Made by a program: the position numbers and the translations under genes. This document shows, in pieces, positions 31,711-45,455 of a stretch of DNA of 64,000 nt; the stretch's first letter is position 1; each line of letters begins with the position of its first letter. Location of the stretch: the NCBI RefSeq assembly GCF_009914755.1, contig NC_060930.1, one strand, 5' to 3'. The notes below the pieces were generated by a model that was not told where the DNA came from, made no database searches, and was given only the letters and a program-made list of their open reading frames with translations. This DNA is from the human T2T-CHM13v2.0 reference genome, Homo sapiens.

Positions 31711-33410
31711 TGTGTCTGGAATTGGTGGGTTCTTGGTCTCACTGACTTCAAGAATGAAGCCGCGAACCCTCGCGGTGAGTGTTAACAGTTCTTAAAGGTG
31801 GCGTGTCTGGAGTTTGTTCCTTCTGATGTTCGGATATGTTCGCAGTTTCTTCCTTCTGGTGGGTTCGTGGTCTTGCTGGCTCAGGATTGAAGCTGCAGAG
31901 CTTCACAGTGAGTGTTACAGCTCTTAAGGCAGCGCATCTGGAGTTGTTCGTTCCTCCTGGTGGGTTCGTGGTCTCACTGGCTTCAGGAGTAAAGCTGCAG
32001 ACCTTCACAGTGAGTGTTACAGCTCATAAAGGCAGTGTGGACCCAAAGAGTGAGAAGCAGCAAGATTTATTGCAAAGAGCAAAACAACAAAGCTTCCACA
32101 CTGTGGAAGGGGACCCGAGCGGATTGCCACTGCTGGCTCCGGCAGCCTGCTTTTTATTCCCTTATTTGGCCCCATCCACATCCTGCTTATTGGTCCATTT
32201 TACAGAGAGCTGATTGGTCTGTTTTACAGAGAGCTGATTGGTCTGTTTTGACAGGGTGCTGATTGGTGTGTTTACAATCCCTGAGCTAGACACAAAAGTT
32301 CTCCAAGTCCCCACTAGATTAGCTAGATACAGAGTGCTGATTGGTGTATTTATGAACCCTGAGCTAGACACAGAGTGCTGATTGGTGCATTTACAAACCT
32401 TGAGCTAGATACAGAGTGCTGATTGGTATATTCACAATCCCTTAGCTAGACATAAAGGTTCTCTAAGTCCCCACCGGATCAGCTAGACACAGAGCACTGA
32501 TTGGTGCATTTACAAACCTTGAGCCAGACACAGAGTGCTGATTGGTGTATTCACAATACCTTAGCTAGACGTATCCTCCAAGTCCCTACCAGATTAGCTA
32601 GATACAGAGTGCAAATTGGTGCATCCACAAACCCTGAGCTAGACACAGGGTGCTGATTGGTGTGTTTACAAACCTTGAGCTAGATACAGAGTGCTGATTG
32701 GTGTATTTACAATACCTTAGCTAGACATAAAGGTTCTCCAAGTTCCCACTAGCCTCAGGAGCCCAGTTGGCTTCACCCAGTGGATCCTGCACCAGGGCCG
32801 CAGGTGGAGCTGCCTCCCAGTCCCATGCAGTGTGCCCACACTCCTCAGCCCTTGGGCGGTTGATGGGACCAGGGCGTGGAGCAGGGGGTGGGGCTGGTGG
32901 GGGAGGCTTGGGCCACCTAGGAGCAGGGGTGGGGGGTGGTGGGGGGTGGTGTGCTTAGGCATGGCGGGCTGCAGGTCCTGAGCTCTGCCCCGCCGGGAGG
33001 CATCTGAGGCCCTGTGAGAATTCGAGTGCAGTGCTGGCAGGCTGGCACTGCTGGGGGACCCGGTGCACCCTCCGCAACTGCTGGCCTGGGTGCTAAGCCC
33101 CTCACTGCCAGGGGCTGGCGGGGCCACCGACCGGCTGCTCCGAGTGCTTGCCTGCTGAGCCCACACCCACCTGGAACTCGCGCCGGCCCTCAAGCGCCGT
33201 GCACTGCCCTGGTTTCCGCCCGTGCCTCTCCCTCCACACCTCCCTGAAAGCTGAGGGAGCCGGCGGCCTCGGCCAGCCCAGAAAGGGGCTCCCACAGTGC
33301 AGCGGTTGGCTGAAGGGCTCCTCAGGTGCGGCCAGAGTGGGTGCCGAGGCCGAGGTGGTGCCGAGAGTGAGCGAGAGCTGCGAGGGCTGGCAGCACGCTG
33401 TCACCTCTCA
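31711..33410 (-). mobile_element. Complete ERV9 solo LTR (LTR12C/D-like)
   Basis: Minus strand starts TGAGAGGTGACAGCGTGCTGG and ends CCAATTCCAGACACA; 4-bp TSD CCAG; GC-rich U3 and CCAAT repeat array. Confidence 0.95.
32188..32730 (-). promoter_or_regulatory. LTR12 U3 tandem enhancer repeats (NF-Y CCAAT boxes)
   Basis: More than 10 recurrences of (g)ctgattggt in ~40/80-bp units 'gagctagacacagagtgctgattggtgcatttacaaacct'. Confidence 0.85.
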
Positions 33411-33569
33411 CCAGTATATTCCCAATAGATTGTTTCCCAGTCTTCTGGAAAGGACATATTCTGCTAATAGTATCCACAGAACAATGACAACTCAGAAAAT
33501 CTAGTGGAAACTTCTAGCCTAAACCTAAGGACAACAATGGCAAACCTCTATGAATTGCTGATCATCTTC

Positions 33570-33750
33570 CATGGGATAAACACTACTGATACATTATCTC
33601 ATTGAATCCCCATCACAACAATGCCCAGTAGTCATCATGTCTCCTGTTTTAAAAATGGAGAAAGTGAGGCTCAGGAATCTTAAGAAATTGTGACAGGTAT
33701 GAAGACAGTACAAACAGAAGCAGGATTGACAGTCAGGATCTCTGATTCCA
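33570..33750. mobile_element. MIR
   Basis: 'ggagaaagtgaggctcagg...caggattgacagtcagg...tctgattccaaag'. Confidence 0.55.
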
Positions 33751-35739
33751 AAGTTCCTTATGTTTTGTTGCATCTGTTAAAAGATTCTTTCTAGTCAGGG
33801 CTTCCTGGAGGGAAGAGTTATTAGGTCAACCTGATATAGGAAGCACAGATGGTAAAATGGGACCACTACCTGAAGGAGGCTTTATCTTGGCAAGGAAAAT
33901 GAGATTGTCATGCAAGAGATAAACAGCACAGGCCAACAGGGCATACGTTGCCACCAGAAGTCTGGGTTGCCATGTCTAGGGAGTCATATATGTAAGTCAT
34001 GAATTGTGGATATCAACTTGTAAGAAGTAGACAAGAGACAGAGACTCAGAGATGGAGCAACTAGAGGGGCAGCTGGAGCAGCTCAGGCCAGAGGCTGAGT
34101 TCCAGGCTGCATTCTAATTTAACTGCTCTTTGACTTGGAACAGTTATTTCCACTTCTCTAGGCCTAAACTTTCTCACCTATGAAAGGAAACTGGATTAGA
34201 AATGATTTACTTGTGTAGGTCTCTATTTAAAACATAGTCCCCAGCAGAGCATCTGGTGGCTTTCTCAAGCAGAAATGTATTTGTTGTGCAGTTTCCCCAT
34301 TTGAGTCACTTATATTTCTCATTATCTACTCTTTCTCACAATGTATTTGTCTAGATCAGTTTTAGAAAAAAATAATCTTGGGTAGGAATAATAACTACTG
34401 CTATGAAGCACTATTTTAGCTTATTTGGTCTTCTATTTAAAAGCCTGTGTTGTGGTCAGCATACTCTAGGGGAAGAAATTATTTCAGAATGTCAGCACAT
34501 CACCTTGAAAAAGTTTACCTCTTTAAAAATGTGTCTTGAAGTGTACAGAAGAGGCATAATTTGCATACTTTTGTTTCCTGAAACAGTGTTTTTCCAAATA
34601 ACTCATCTGTTAAGTCCCTATTTGCCTGCAGCAATATAGAATGCATACTCTCTTTGACAGAGAAAATTAATAGTGCATTAGGGAACTTTCATTTCTGGAA
34701 TAGCAGTTCAGATTTAGTCTAGTCATCTAATCCAAGATATTAGTATCATTTTGGGAGCATGATCCTTGGGAGAGTAAAATTCCATATAAATGGCCATCGG
34801 TGTCAATTCTGTGTTTCAATTTGACAATCACTCATTTAATATATGCTATGAGCAAGGACCAAAGCCAGGTGAGATGTATAAATAAAAACAACTTCTTTGA
34901 GATTCAATTTCTTCACCTCTTGTAAAGTAACACAATTATTTCACTGAAATGGTAATGATTATGGTATATACCTCAAATAAGAATTAAATGAGATGGTGGA
35001 TATAAAATGCCTGGCACAGCTCCTGGCATGGTGGAGATACTAAAAAAAATAGTAACTTCAATACAAAAAGTGTAGCCCTTGTTGCCCTGAAATAATTGAA
35101 TTCAAGTAATGGGAATCTAATAAGAGATCCCAAACAATAAGCTATAATGTAAGATAGAATACAATCAGTTTTTATTTCATAAAAAAATGGAAAGAACAAA
35201 ATTGAGAAGCATAGAGAAAAAGGCAGATAGTATTTTTGTCTAAAGAAATTAGGTGAAAATTCATTAATAAAGTGACATTTTTTGGACCTTACAAGAGAAA
35301 TTAGGTTTTAATATGCATTGTAAGGGTATTTGGTTTTTAGACTTCTTAAAACAGCAGCCATGATCAGGACAATATAACTAAGAAGTAAAACTTCCATGGT
35401 AAAGATTGTAATCCTACAATTAAAAGTAGTTTCAAGTGGCAGGTTTCAGAGCCCTGTCTCTAGTTTTGTCCTAATCAGCCCTTTTGTCAGTGACTTGATT
35501 ATCACCTTATCAGATGATATGAAAGTGGGAGATAATTTAAATCCAATGAGTGGGCTCAATCTAATAGGATGGTGTTTAAAAGCAATAAATACATTTATAG
35601 TTCTGTACTTAGGTCCACATAATTAGGCATGAGAGTTTAGGTTACAAAGAAACCCAATGGTTTTAGGCAATTGTAACTCCATGCATGACATAGCATCCAA
35701 AATTTCATGGAGACTTTTTTCTCTTCGTTAATAAAACGA

Positions 35740-36830
35740 TCTCACTGAATAAATATCCAATTAGGTCCTTCTGTATGCAAAGAACATATAGCAGTACAGA
35801 GTATGCATACACGTGGATTTTATAATTTTGAAACTAAAATTTCAGTAGAATGAAGAGAAGTGAAACAAATTTCACAGTTAAATGTTGCACGACAATTGTG
35901 ACAAGTGTTGAGAGGGAGAAGTGCAGGGTGTCATCCATGCACATGAGATGGGGACGGAGACCTGAACTCTCGTCAGAATCAGGGAAGGCTTCCTTGGGAA
36001 GTGATTTTTACTGAGATCTGAAAGATGAGTATGAATTAGCCAGGTAAAAAGCAGCAAGAGGGTCCCTCAGGGAGAGGAAATAGCATATTTAAAGGCCATT
36101 GAACTGTCCCACAGGGTCTCATACGTATTCCTTCTGCTTCTGATGGTTTGATGCAGATGTATATGGGGGCCTTGGAAGATATGTATTGATGGATGTACAA
36201 ATTATTACTACCAATTTGGAAAATAATCGGCACTAGCTTCAAAGTTAAAACATTGTCTTACTCCATAGCCAAAAATGAGAAGATAGAGTGAGAAGAGAAG
36301 ACGTGCCAGGTTTGAGCCTTAAAGGCATTTAGTTAAGTTGGTAAGACTTGTGAGAGCCAGATAACTTATAGACGGTGGATGTGGTCAGTGTTATAAAAGA
36401 GATAAGAGTAAGGCTTTGTAAAGCATAGAAAATATTTTTATTTTATTTTATTTATCAAGATGATGTTTCAGTTGTCTTTACTAAAAGATCTAATTTTGTT
36501 GGGCAGAATTAGGGTGATCTCAATATAAAAAGACTGGTTAGAAGAGAATAAGACAGTAAAGATGATTTAACGGAATTAACCAGAGAGGTGAGTGGGAAAT
36601 CAGGAATGTGTAGGATGATGAGAATTAAGAGAAAAAAGCATTACAAAGAGAGAAGGGTCACAATCTGGAATGATTTGACAGTGCTGAAATCAGATGAGGA
36701 CTGAACTATATCCACTGTATCCATTGAACTGGAAGTTATTGGTGAACTTAGCATGAGTAGATTGAGCTGTAAACATGAAGTGAGCAAGTGGAAGTGGCAG
36801 GTAGTGGGAGGCAGCAAATAGAAAACTCAA
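35740..36830. mobile_element. L2 relic(s)
   Basis: 'agggaaggcttccttgggaagtga...ctgagatctgaaagatgagt', 'cagatgaggactgaa'. Confidence 0.55.
36096..36263 (+). repeat. Dispersed ~165-bp direct duplicate of 37392-37560
   Basis: Shared 'tctgcttctgatg.tttgatgcagat..atatgggggcctt.gaagata', 'ttactaccaatttggaaaataat'. Confidence 0.9.
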
Positions 36831-37019
36831 AATTGTGGGACTCGAAGGGCGGGATCCTTGCTCTGTTGATTTTTGTGTTTTGGGAAGGAAATGTAGTGCT
36901 ATAGTCATGTAGTACTCATACAAAAATTAATTTCAGTTGGTGGATGAATGAATATTTGGAAAAAGGTTAATTATATTAGAAATAGGACAAGACTTTGGGG
37001 AAAAAGTGTTGAGAGTATA

Positions 37020-37200
37020 CTCTGGCTCTAGCAAATTACTAACTTTGTGACCTTGGGCAAGTCATTTAACCACTCTGAGCCCTAGTTTCCTCATTTATAA
37101 AATGAGTGTAATGGTAAGTGACCTAATTTCCCAAGACAGTTGGTGAGAGTGTGAAATAGGAAACTTTACATGGATGTGCTTTATAGACTGTGGTGTGCTT
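37020..37200. mobile_element. MIR
   Basis: 'tgtgaccttgggcaagtcatttaaccactctgagccctagtttcctcatttataaaatg'. Confidence 0.85.
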
Positions 37201-37269
37201 ATCAAATAGACACTCGTATTTTCATATTGAAGGATTACAAGCTATGTCAGAGACTGATGAGGTAGCCGG

Positions 37270-37900
37270 CTCATTTCCTCTTCTTGGACTATGTTTCCCT
37301 GTTGCACTTGCAGTGAGGTGGCCATGTAGTTGAGTTTGAGCCAGTGACATGTGACCAGAGGTGATATGTGATATGTGTCTTCCAGACTCAACCACTGAAC
37401 CCTCCCACAAGGGCTCCTGTGTGCTGCCTCTGCTTCTGATGATTTGATGCAGATACATATGGGGGCCTTAGAAGATACATACTGATGTATATTCAAATTC
37501 TTACTACCAATTTGGAAAATAATTTGGTACCAGCTTCAAAATTAAAATATTATCATACTCTAGAGTCCTACTGTTCTACTCATAGGTATATTTATTTCAA
37601 TGAACCTTGCCAATGTGCATTAGAAGACATCTGTGAGTTTATTGATTATAATAACCCCAAACTGAAAACAGTACAAATGCCTATCAATAGGAAAGCCAAA
37701 TGTCCATTAACAGAAGACTGGAGAAAATAATTTATATTCACAAAAAGATTATGTAATAATAAAAGCCAGTTACTATAACTACATGCAACTACATAGATGA
37801 AAGAAAAATAATGGTAGATGAAAGAAACATAATGGTAAGTGAAGAAAACAAGTCACAAAAGAAAGTATATCTTGTGATACAATTTTTTAAAACTAAAAAA
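37270..37900 (+). mobile_element. MLT1 fragment joined to an old L1M 3' fragment
   Basis: 'ttgcagtgaggtggccatgtagttgagtttgagccagtg' (MLT1), then 'ccccaaactgaaaacagtacaaatgcctatcaatagg' (L1M). Confidence 0.55.
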
Positions 37901-37984
37901 AGAGAGATGGAATGGCAAAACAAAGCAACATATTTTTTCAGGGCTGCAAACATTGTGATTTTTTTTTAAAGAGGAAGGGAATTG

Positions 37985-38535
37985 TATAAATAATCTATTA
38001 TTAAAATAATACTGCAAACCACCACCCCAAAACTCAGGAGCTTACAGAAAGTAACGTGTATTATATTATCGATCTGGCTTCCATGTCAGCTGTGTCTGTC
38101 TGATCTTGCCAGTGCTTGGCTGATCTTGGCTGGGCTCTCTGTAGCTTCCGTGAAGCTACAGGCTGGCTGGGTGGTTCTGCTAATCTTGGCTGACACATGC
38201 TTATGGCTTGGCTGTTGGCTGATTAAGGATGGCCATGATTTAGGGTGACACAACTCTGCTCCACGTATCTGTCACCATCCAGCTGTCTAACCTGGCCAAG
38301 TTCTCAGGTCAGGGCCCAGAGGGAAAGAACAAATAAGGCTGATTCTGCCAGGGGGCACACAAGAACATGCGTGTGCTTTCCAAAGCTCTACTTGCATCTG
38401 ATTTGCTTACAGCCCACTGGCAAAATCAAGTCACCCTATCAAGCCTGGAATCAGGGGGAGGGGTCCCCATAATGGTATAGAGCAAAGGACATTTGGGAGG
38501 CCAATAATTAGGGCTATTAATGCTATCAATCCACT
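37985..38535 (-). mobile_element. MLT1-type LTR relic
   Basis: 'caccaccccaaaactcaggagctt', 'ggctgatcttggctgggctc', 'cccactggcaaaatcaagtcac'. Confidence 0.55.
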
Positions 38536-41247
38536 GTGGGAATATATGATCATGACAACCCTTATCAGGGAGGCAGGGGGTGAACTAGAGAAGAACACAC
38601 AGTTACTGGCAGGTTGTTGGTAATATTTTAATATTTTAATTCTTAAGCAAGGCAGAAGTTAGAGGTTTCACTTTGCAAATTATACTGTATAACTTACATA
38701 CACATTACATATATTTTTGTATAAGCACAAAATCCTATATGTTTTTTAATTGGACAAAAAAAATTCCAAAACAAAGCAACAACCTTTCAAATGTAAGGAA
38801 AACAAAGAAAAGCTGAAGGGCTAATTTGGGAAGTCCAGTGGCAAATTGGGCCTTTGGATTCCATTTCCAGGTTCTGCAAAATAGGATATTAATTGTCTCC
38901 TTTTAATAGAAGATTGTGACTTTGACAAAGAAATCACTTATTAAAAGAAGTTGAAGGGCAGGTTTGCCAACTAGGGAGAATGATTCTCTCTTCTAGAGAC
39001 CTCAGATCAAATTTCAACAATGTAGAAAAGCCACGTTTATTCTGCTCTACTTTCCTGTCTTTTATTGTTTGTTTTATTCCTGGAACAAAGACCACAGCTT
39101 GTCTTCGAAAGACTTCCATGTGAGTTTGAAAGGGTGTAGAATTTGGAACATGCTCTAACTCAGATAAAACTCCTGATTTTTTTTTTTTTTTTTTCAAAGC
39201 GCTCCTCAATCAGACCCAGATCTCAGACCTCCGGGGTTTGATTCATTCATCTCTAGCTAAGACTATGTTTTCTAGCCTCTCTCCAGAAGACTGGGAGATT
39301 CACTTTAAAAAGACGCTGCTGCTGCTGCTTTTTTTTCATCACAAAAGAATTAATGTTTTCACAGCCCTTTGAAGACGTGGTGTCACGCATGTGCTGTTAT
39401 TAATAATAAAATACAGATCTGTTTCACACCATCTGAAAAACAGGGTTTTGCCACCATGAAAGAGCTTTTATTTCTACCAGGTCTTCATGATGCGTAGCCC
39501 AGATCCAGCTCAGCCTCAGACTGGGGAACCATGTCCCAGAAAATGGGTAAAGAGAGGAAACAGCTGGAGAGAAACAAAACAATGCACAACACCCAATACG
39601 TTAAAAAATAAAAATTCAAAGGAGGCTTTAATCACCATTGGAGATCATTTCCCCTGACTGCAAGCATTTTAGATAGAACTGGATTCAGCACCTGCTAAAG
39701 ATGGGGCCTGGTGAGTGGATCCTGGATTCTTTATGGATTCTGAAGAAGGTAAACATCCCCAGGTTCATGAGCCTGTTCAGACAGGAAAGACAGTACTGAT
39801 TGCAATCTGCTGTTAGTGTTTCCTTTTATATTTGTTCAGTGCTTTGAGTCATTCTTTCTCCTTTTCTTCTCTGAAACTACTAACATTGCTCCTCCAGTAG
39901 CCTTTTGCATTTACAAGCTACCTTGTCATGCCTTGGTTTTTGGGGAAGAGGAGATAGATGTAAAGTGAGGCTACTGTAAACAACAGTTCAATAGAGGCTT
40001 CAGAACAGGGTCCATTTAGGGAGGTGAGTGCAAACATTCCATGAAATAAAAAGAACCGCTTCTGTGAGCTCAACTCACAACAGGCACAGCCACTGGCAAT
40101 AGCAGCCTGAGAAGGAGCAAATTTGAGAGCTGGGTCTGTTATTCTTATTTTTGTAAATCTTTGCACCTGTCTTTGGTGGCAAGATTCTCAACTCATTTCC
40201 CTTGTTTCTGTTCCTCCTCCTCCCTGCACTCCATGCCTCTCTGGGGTTCTGCTTGTTTTGGAACTAGTGATTCAAAATGGACTCCAACATTGTTTCTGAA
40301 TCACAAAGCGTTTGCAGAAGAGGGAAGTATTTCTTGCTCCATTCCAAGCCCCAACACAGAAGGTGTTGTATGGAAAAGGGAGCTGAAGGGAGAAGAAAAA
40401 GAGGAGGAAAAAAAAAGAGGCAAAAGTAAAAAACTCAAGGAAATCAAGACCATGCTGTGCAAAATTGTTACAGCTGTTTCTGTTTTTATTGGCTGTTTCT
40501 TTTGGCTTCATTTTTCCAGCAACTGCAGTTCATGTGAGCAGGAAGGCATACAGCATGGCCGAGCTCCACGGTGGGCGGAGGGGAGGACAGAAAAGGGACT
40601 GAGAAAAGGATGGAAGGGGCTGGGTGTGGAGGTTATGAATTGTGGCACAGTGCTTAGAGGGGACACACATCAAAGCATTTCTTTTTTTGATAGTTTTGTG
40701 GAAGCCTTAGCAATAGAATTTAGAGGCATTTACTGGAAAGCTCCTAAAAGCATCCCATCTCCATGGCTGGATCAGATAGGTGGTCTGTTTAAGGCAGTAT
40801 ACTATCCTTGAAATGATGCTCTGATATCTGTGAGGAAATAATGTGTCAAGACACATCCCTTCCCCTTTCCCTCCTGGATAGTGATTCACCTAGACCAGTG
40901 CACAGGGCAGAACATACGGGAAGTGCATATTTTCCCTGGGGGACTCTATTTCTCATGGTTACAAATGGAATGAGTTATATGCCTGCTCAGTGACCCTATG
41001 AAGATATTGGCAGCTGGGATACAGCACCTCAGGGCTTGGAGCGAGTTGCTCACCCACCTTGATCCCCCTGCAAAGCAGCTGGAAGGTGAGCCAGAGACAG
41101 GCACATGAAAAAAGCTCACAATGAGTCTCTGTCTCTTTCTTAAAGCTTCCTATTAAATATGTGATTTAAATGACATTTTTAAGGTTTATAAGACTGCTTA
41201 CATTGGAATTCTTGAATGTGATAGTATTTTTAACTGCACTGGCCCTA

Positions 41248-41287
41248 ACACACACACACACGCACACACACACACACACACACACAC
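41248..41287. repeat. (CA)n microsatellite
   Basis: Seen directly, one CG interruption. Confidence 0.95.
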
Positions 41288-41298
41288 GTTCGCACTGA

Positions 41299-41576
<278 letters not shown>

Positions 41577-42186
41577 ACTCTCACTCTTAATCAAATTAAT
41601 TTTCCAAACTCTAAGGAAACATCTTTCTAAAAGTGAAAATTGTGTTCCAAATGAGGGCAAGTGGGTAAGAGAACTGGAAGTTAGAAGATAGAGCAAGAGG
41701 AAAAAGTATTTACTTATATTTGACTTGCAGTTATATCCGAAGGGAAAATACAATAAAAAGTTGATTAATAACAACAAAACCTCCCTATATCTGGTGATAA
41801 AACATTGTTTGCATGCTTTCACATTTTAAACAAAATTCCAGCTATGCTGTAGAATGAGAGGTGAGCCAGAATCCCAGTGCCCATGCATTGGTTCTGTTTT
41901 GGAGACTTGGTTTTACTCTGAACTGGGCTTCTGACTTACTTGGCTACTGGAGGGCAAATCATAACCAATATATCTCAGTGCTGTCATCCAAAAATGGAGG
42001 TGGACTTGGGAAGATGGACTAATTAAAGGTTGCAAAGCACTTTTGAGTCTATAAAGCCATATGTAATTGCAACCATTAAACCTAGTAATATAATGAAGTG
42101 TTGAAAGTTGTGTCTTCGTCATTTTGTTTTCTAAATTCAGTGAGAGACTCCTTCAAAGCCCATTCTGTTTACTTTCCCAAGGAAAT

Positions 42187-42527
42187 TGTCTCAGTCCATT
42201 TTCTGTTGCTGTAACAGAACACCTAAGACTAGGTAATTTATAAAGTAAAGCGATTGATTGGCTCTAGAGGTTGGTAAGTCCAAGAATGAGGGGTTGCATC
42301 TGGTAAGGGCCTTCTTGCTGTGTCATAAAATGGCAGAAAGCATGACATGGTGAGAGAGAGCAAGAGTAGGCCAAATTCAGCTTTTATAGCAAGCTTCTGA
42401 TAAGAATCCATTCATCCAGAGTCCTCATGACATAATCACCTCTTAAAGGTCCTACCTCTCAACACTGTTGCACTGGGGATTAACTTTCCAACACATTAAC
42501 TGTGGAAAACACATTCAAACCATAACA
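42187..42527 (-). mobile_element. MST (MaLR) solo LTR
   Basis: tgtctcagtcc...acacattcaaaccataaca with 5-bp TSD gaaat. Confidence 0.85.
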
Positions 42528-45028
42528 GAAATTAATGAATGAAAAAACTGGTGATTTGGGCCAATGCGCTCTTGAACAGTTATGTATTTTGAGATATACC
42601 AAGCTTTTTTCTGCATTTCCTAATATTATTTTTATGTTCATTATGTTACTATTAAACATTTTTTCATTACGTTATTATTTTCTTATGTATTAATAGTAGT
42701 TAATAATACATTTACCAAGAATTAAATTTGTTTAAAATTTCGCAGTTGGGGCAGAGTTTACCAAATGTGGAGTGAGCCTATCTGTTGTGAAATAGAACTC
42801 ACTAACCTCTTAACACAGGAAAATCAGTGATTTCATCAGATTAGAATTACATAGAGAAGCTATTCTCTGGGTGCAAAGATTGAAATTGCTTCTTGTGAAA
42901 GACACAGTTTCACAATTTCTTGTGAAATTGTTTCTTGTATCTAGTTTAAAACAGACACAAGAGAAACTTCATATGTAGTGCTGACACGTAAAGAGTTGGA
43001 GAATGAGTTGTCCCTTTGCACCTCAACTTCTCCCTCAATGTCATGGTGGGCAAAATTATTTTGCCTTAGGCTTTAGCTGTAAAATGGGTTGCTAGCACTT
43101 GACCACAAATGGAATAATTACAATGAGGTTTGGAAGCCTACAGCATTTGTATTGAGGACATTTCCCCCTTGTGCATCTGTTAACTGTTATTACAGATTTG
43201 AGATACCATTAATCAGTAGCATCTTTAACAAATGTAGAGTAGATTTTTGCATACTGAGGTTCAGCCAGGCACCCCCATTAGCTGGCATACATTGGACCTC
43301 ACTTGCAAAAACATGTTTCTGCTGTTATTCTTACAGAAGGCTGTATGTTCACACACATGCACAATTATGAGACTGAACACTCCCTTCTTCTTTGGATTGC
43401 TCTTTGATCTTTTGTAATTTTGCTGCTTGTGTCCATATGGAAATGTTAGCAACCAGCAGGCAATTCCTTTCTATTATGATTCCTCCTGATTCCTCCTCCA
43501 TTGTCTTTCCCCTTGTTGTTTCTTGTTTGCGTTGGGCTCCAGACTGATGCCAACATTTCAACGGGGTACACCTCATCAGTTTCAAAAGCTCAATTTGCTT
43601 TAAGTAGCCAGCAAAGCTTACCCTTATTTTTAAGTACCTGTTTATACCTGAGTTTCCCTGACATGCAATGACAACTTGGGCATCTCAAGAGAAACAGTTT
43701 TCTTGTGAGCCTGGAGACCTATGGGATTAGGCATGTAGGTCATAAATGCTGTCAGCATTAAGCTTGTTTTTAGTGCAGTGCTCTCTGGATTTCCATTTTG
43801 GTCTTTAATGACTAGGAGTACATATAATAACACACAGGCATGACCTCATCCAAAGACAATTTATTTAAAAATTGTCTTGGAATTAAAAATTCCAAACCCT
43901 AAAAAAGCTTAATTTGTGGGTGGTAGTTTATAACCATTTCTAAAATTTCTTCCTGTCTGTAGTACCCAGTAACTTTAGTCCTGGAAATCTCTCTTTTATT
44001 ATAATGGAAAATACCAAAGATATGAGAGCACAGAAATATGTGCTTACTAAGGGAGCTTTCTTTCTCTTAGAACCTTCTGAAGCTCCTCCCTGGGAGAGAT
44101 TAAATAATGTCCGCTCTTTCCCACTTCCCAATTCTATCTTCACACATCAAACAAATGAAAATCCTTCCAAAACTCATCTCCCTTCATGCCCACACTCAAA
44201 TATGCTGTTTTATGTGGGTCGAACAAAGTCTTTTTCTGATTTTTCTCCCCATCTGTTCTTTGAATAAACATGCATCCTAAAGACAAGGAGGACTTAAAGG
44301 ATCAAATTTGGTTCCTGTATTTGGAAATGCTATCAAAAGACCACACCGCACTTGGCCATTCGGTCAAATTAGATGCCGTTTGCTTCTAATAGCACTTAAT
44401 TACTTCCCACATCACTTCTTCATCTGCATGACTTGGCTAGTATGAGGTTGGGAAAAGTTAAAAAAAAAAAAATCCCCAGTGTGTGAGCTGGTAGAACTGC
44501 TGCCTTTGGCTGTGTCTCCACCAGACCAATGCAACCAGTTCTTTTAGGTAAGCAAATTGGCTGTGCTGGGTGTCTGGAATTGTAGAAACCAAATAATCAG
44601 AGACGTAATCAGTTGGTTTTTAAATTTTTAACTTGTTGTTTGGTTGCCCTAGACAAACGCCTCAATTTCCTTCTTCTGTAAATAAATTAATACCTGGTGA
44701 GATGTAAAAGCCCACTTGAACGGAAAACAACATGTTTGATGAAACTCTGAGAGAAGATACAACCCAAGGTATGAAAAATTCAGAACAAATTATACTATCT
44801 TCAAGGCAGAATTTGGTTACCCTGATTAATTAGGGTTTTTTTTTCTTCAGATAAAAAGAGAGGGGAGAGTGGAGTAAAGAACTGCCTAACCTAATGTAAG
44901 TTTTCAGCTTTCAATAAATATTTCCAGCTTAAACCCTCTGAATAGATTGTGAGTATGTTTGTTCATCTGAATTGAATTTTGGTGGTATAATGTACAAAGA
45001 CTTTTTCTTATCGCAGTTTAGTTCAAAC

Positions 45029-45455
45029 CTGGGGTGGGCAAACTTTTTTTTTTTTTTTTTTTTTGTAAAGAGCAAGATACTAAATGACTTAGGCTTAGGC
45101 TTTGCAGATCAAAAGCAAAATTGAGGATATTGTGTAGGGACTTCGTATGACAAGAAAGGTAACTCTTGCCCCTTCACCATCCTCTTTGTCCGATGGGCCC
45201 TTCTGGACCATGAGTGCACTTCATACACGGTCACTGTCAGCTGGAGGGAAACTTTCTCCAGACATTTGAGGGATTGGGGCCCAGTGGGCTGGCAGGACTG
45301 TGTGGGGATGGGGAAGGATGGGTGGTTACAGACACAGTAACAGAGGGGAATGGAGGTGGAGGGGGACACCCCAGATTGGTTTCTGTGTCCTCTGAAGCAG
45401 CACACATGAGCCATATGAAAATAGGCATTGGTCTGGATTTGGCCTGAGCTCCAGC
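45029..45455. mobile_element. MER58C-like hAT MITE with internal GC-rich insert
   Basis: 'ggggtgggcaaacttttt..gtaaag', 'gcaaaattgaggatattgtgtagg', end 'ctggatttggcc'. Confidence 0.6.

Noticed and set aside
32188-32730. CRISPR-like regularly spaced repeats
   Set aside because: Units are tandem with no unique spacers; known ERV9 LTR enhancer repeats in a primate genome
32717-33504. 192-, 118- and 100-aa ORFs
   Set aside because: GC-rich LTR12 U3 lacks stops by composition
40161-40811. Longest ORF (216 aa)
   Set aside because: Non-ATG start, low-complexity purine run, no recognisable domain or codon signal; consistent with chance
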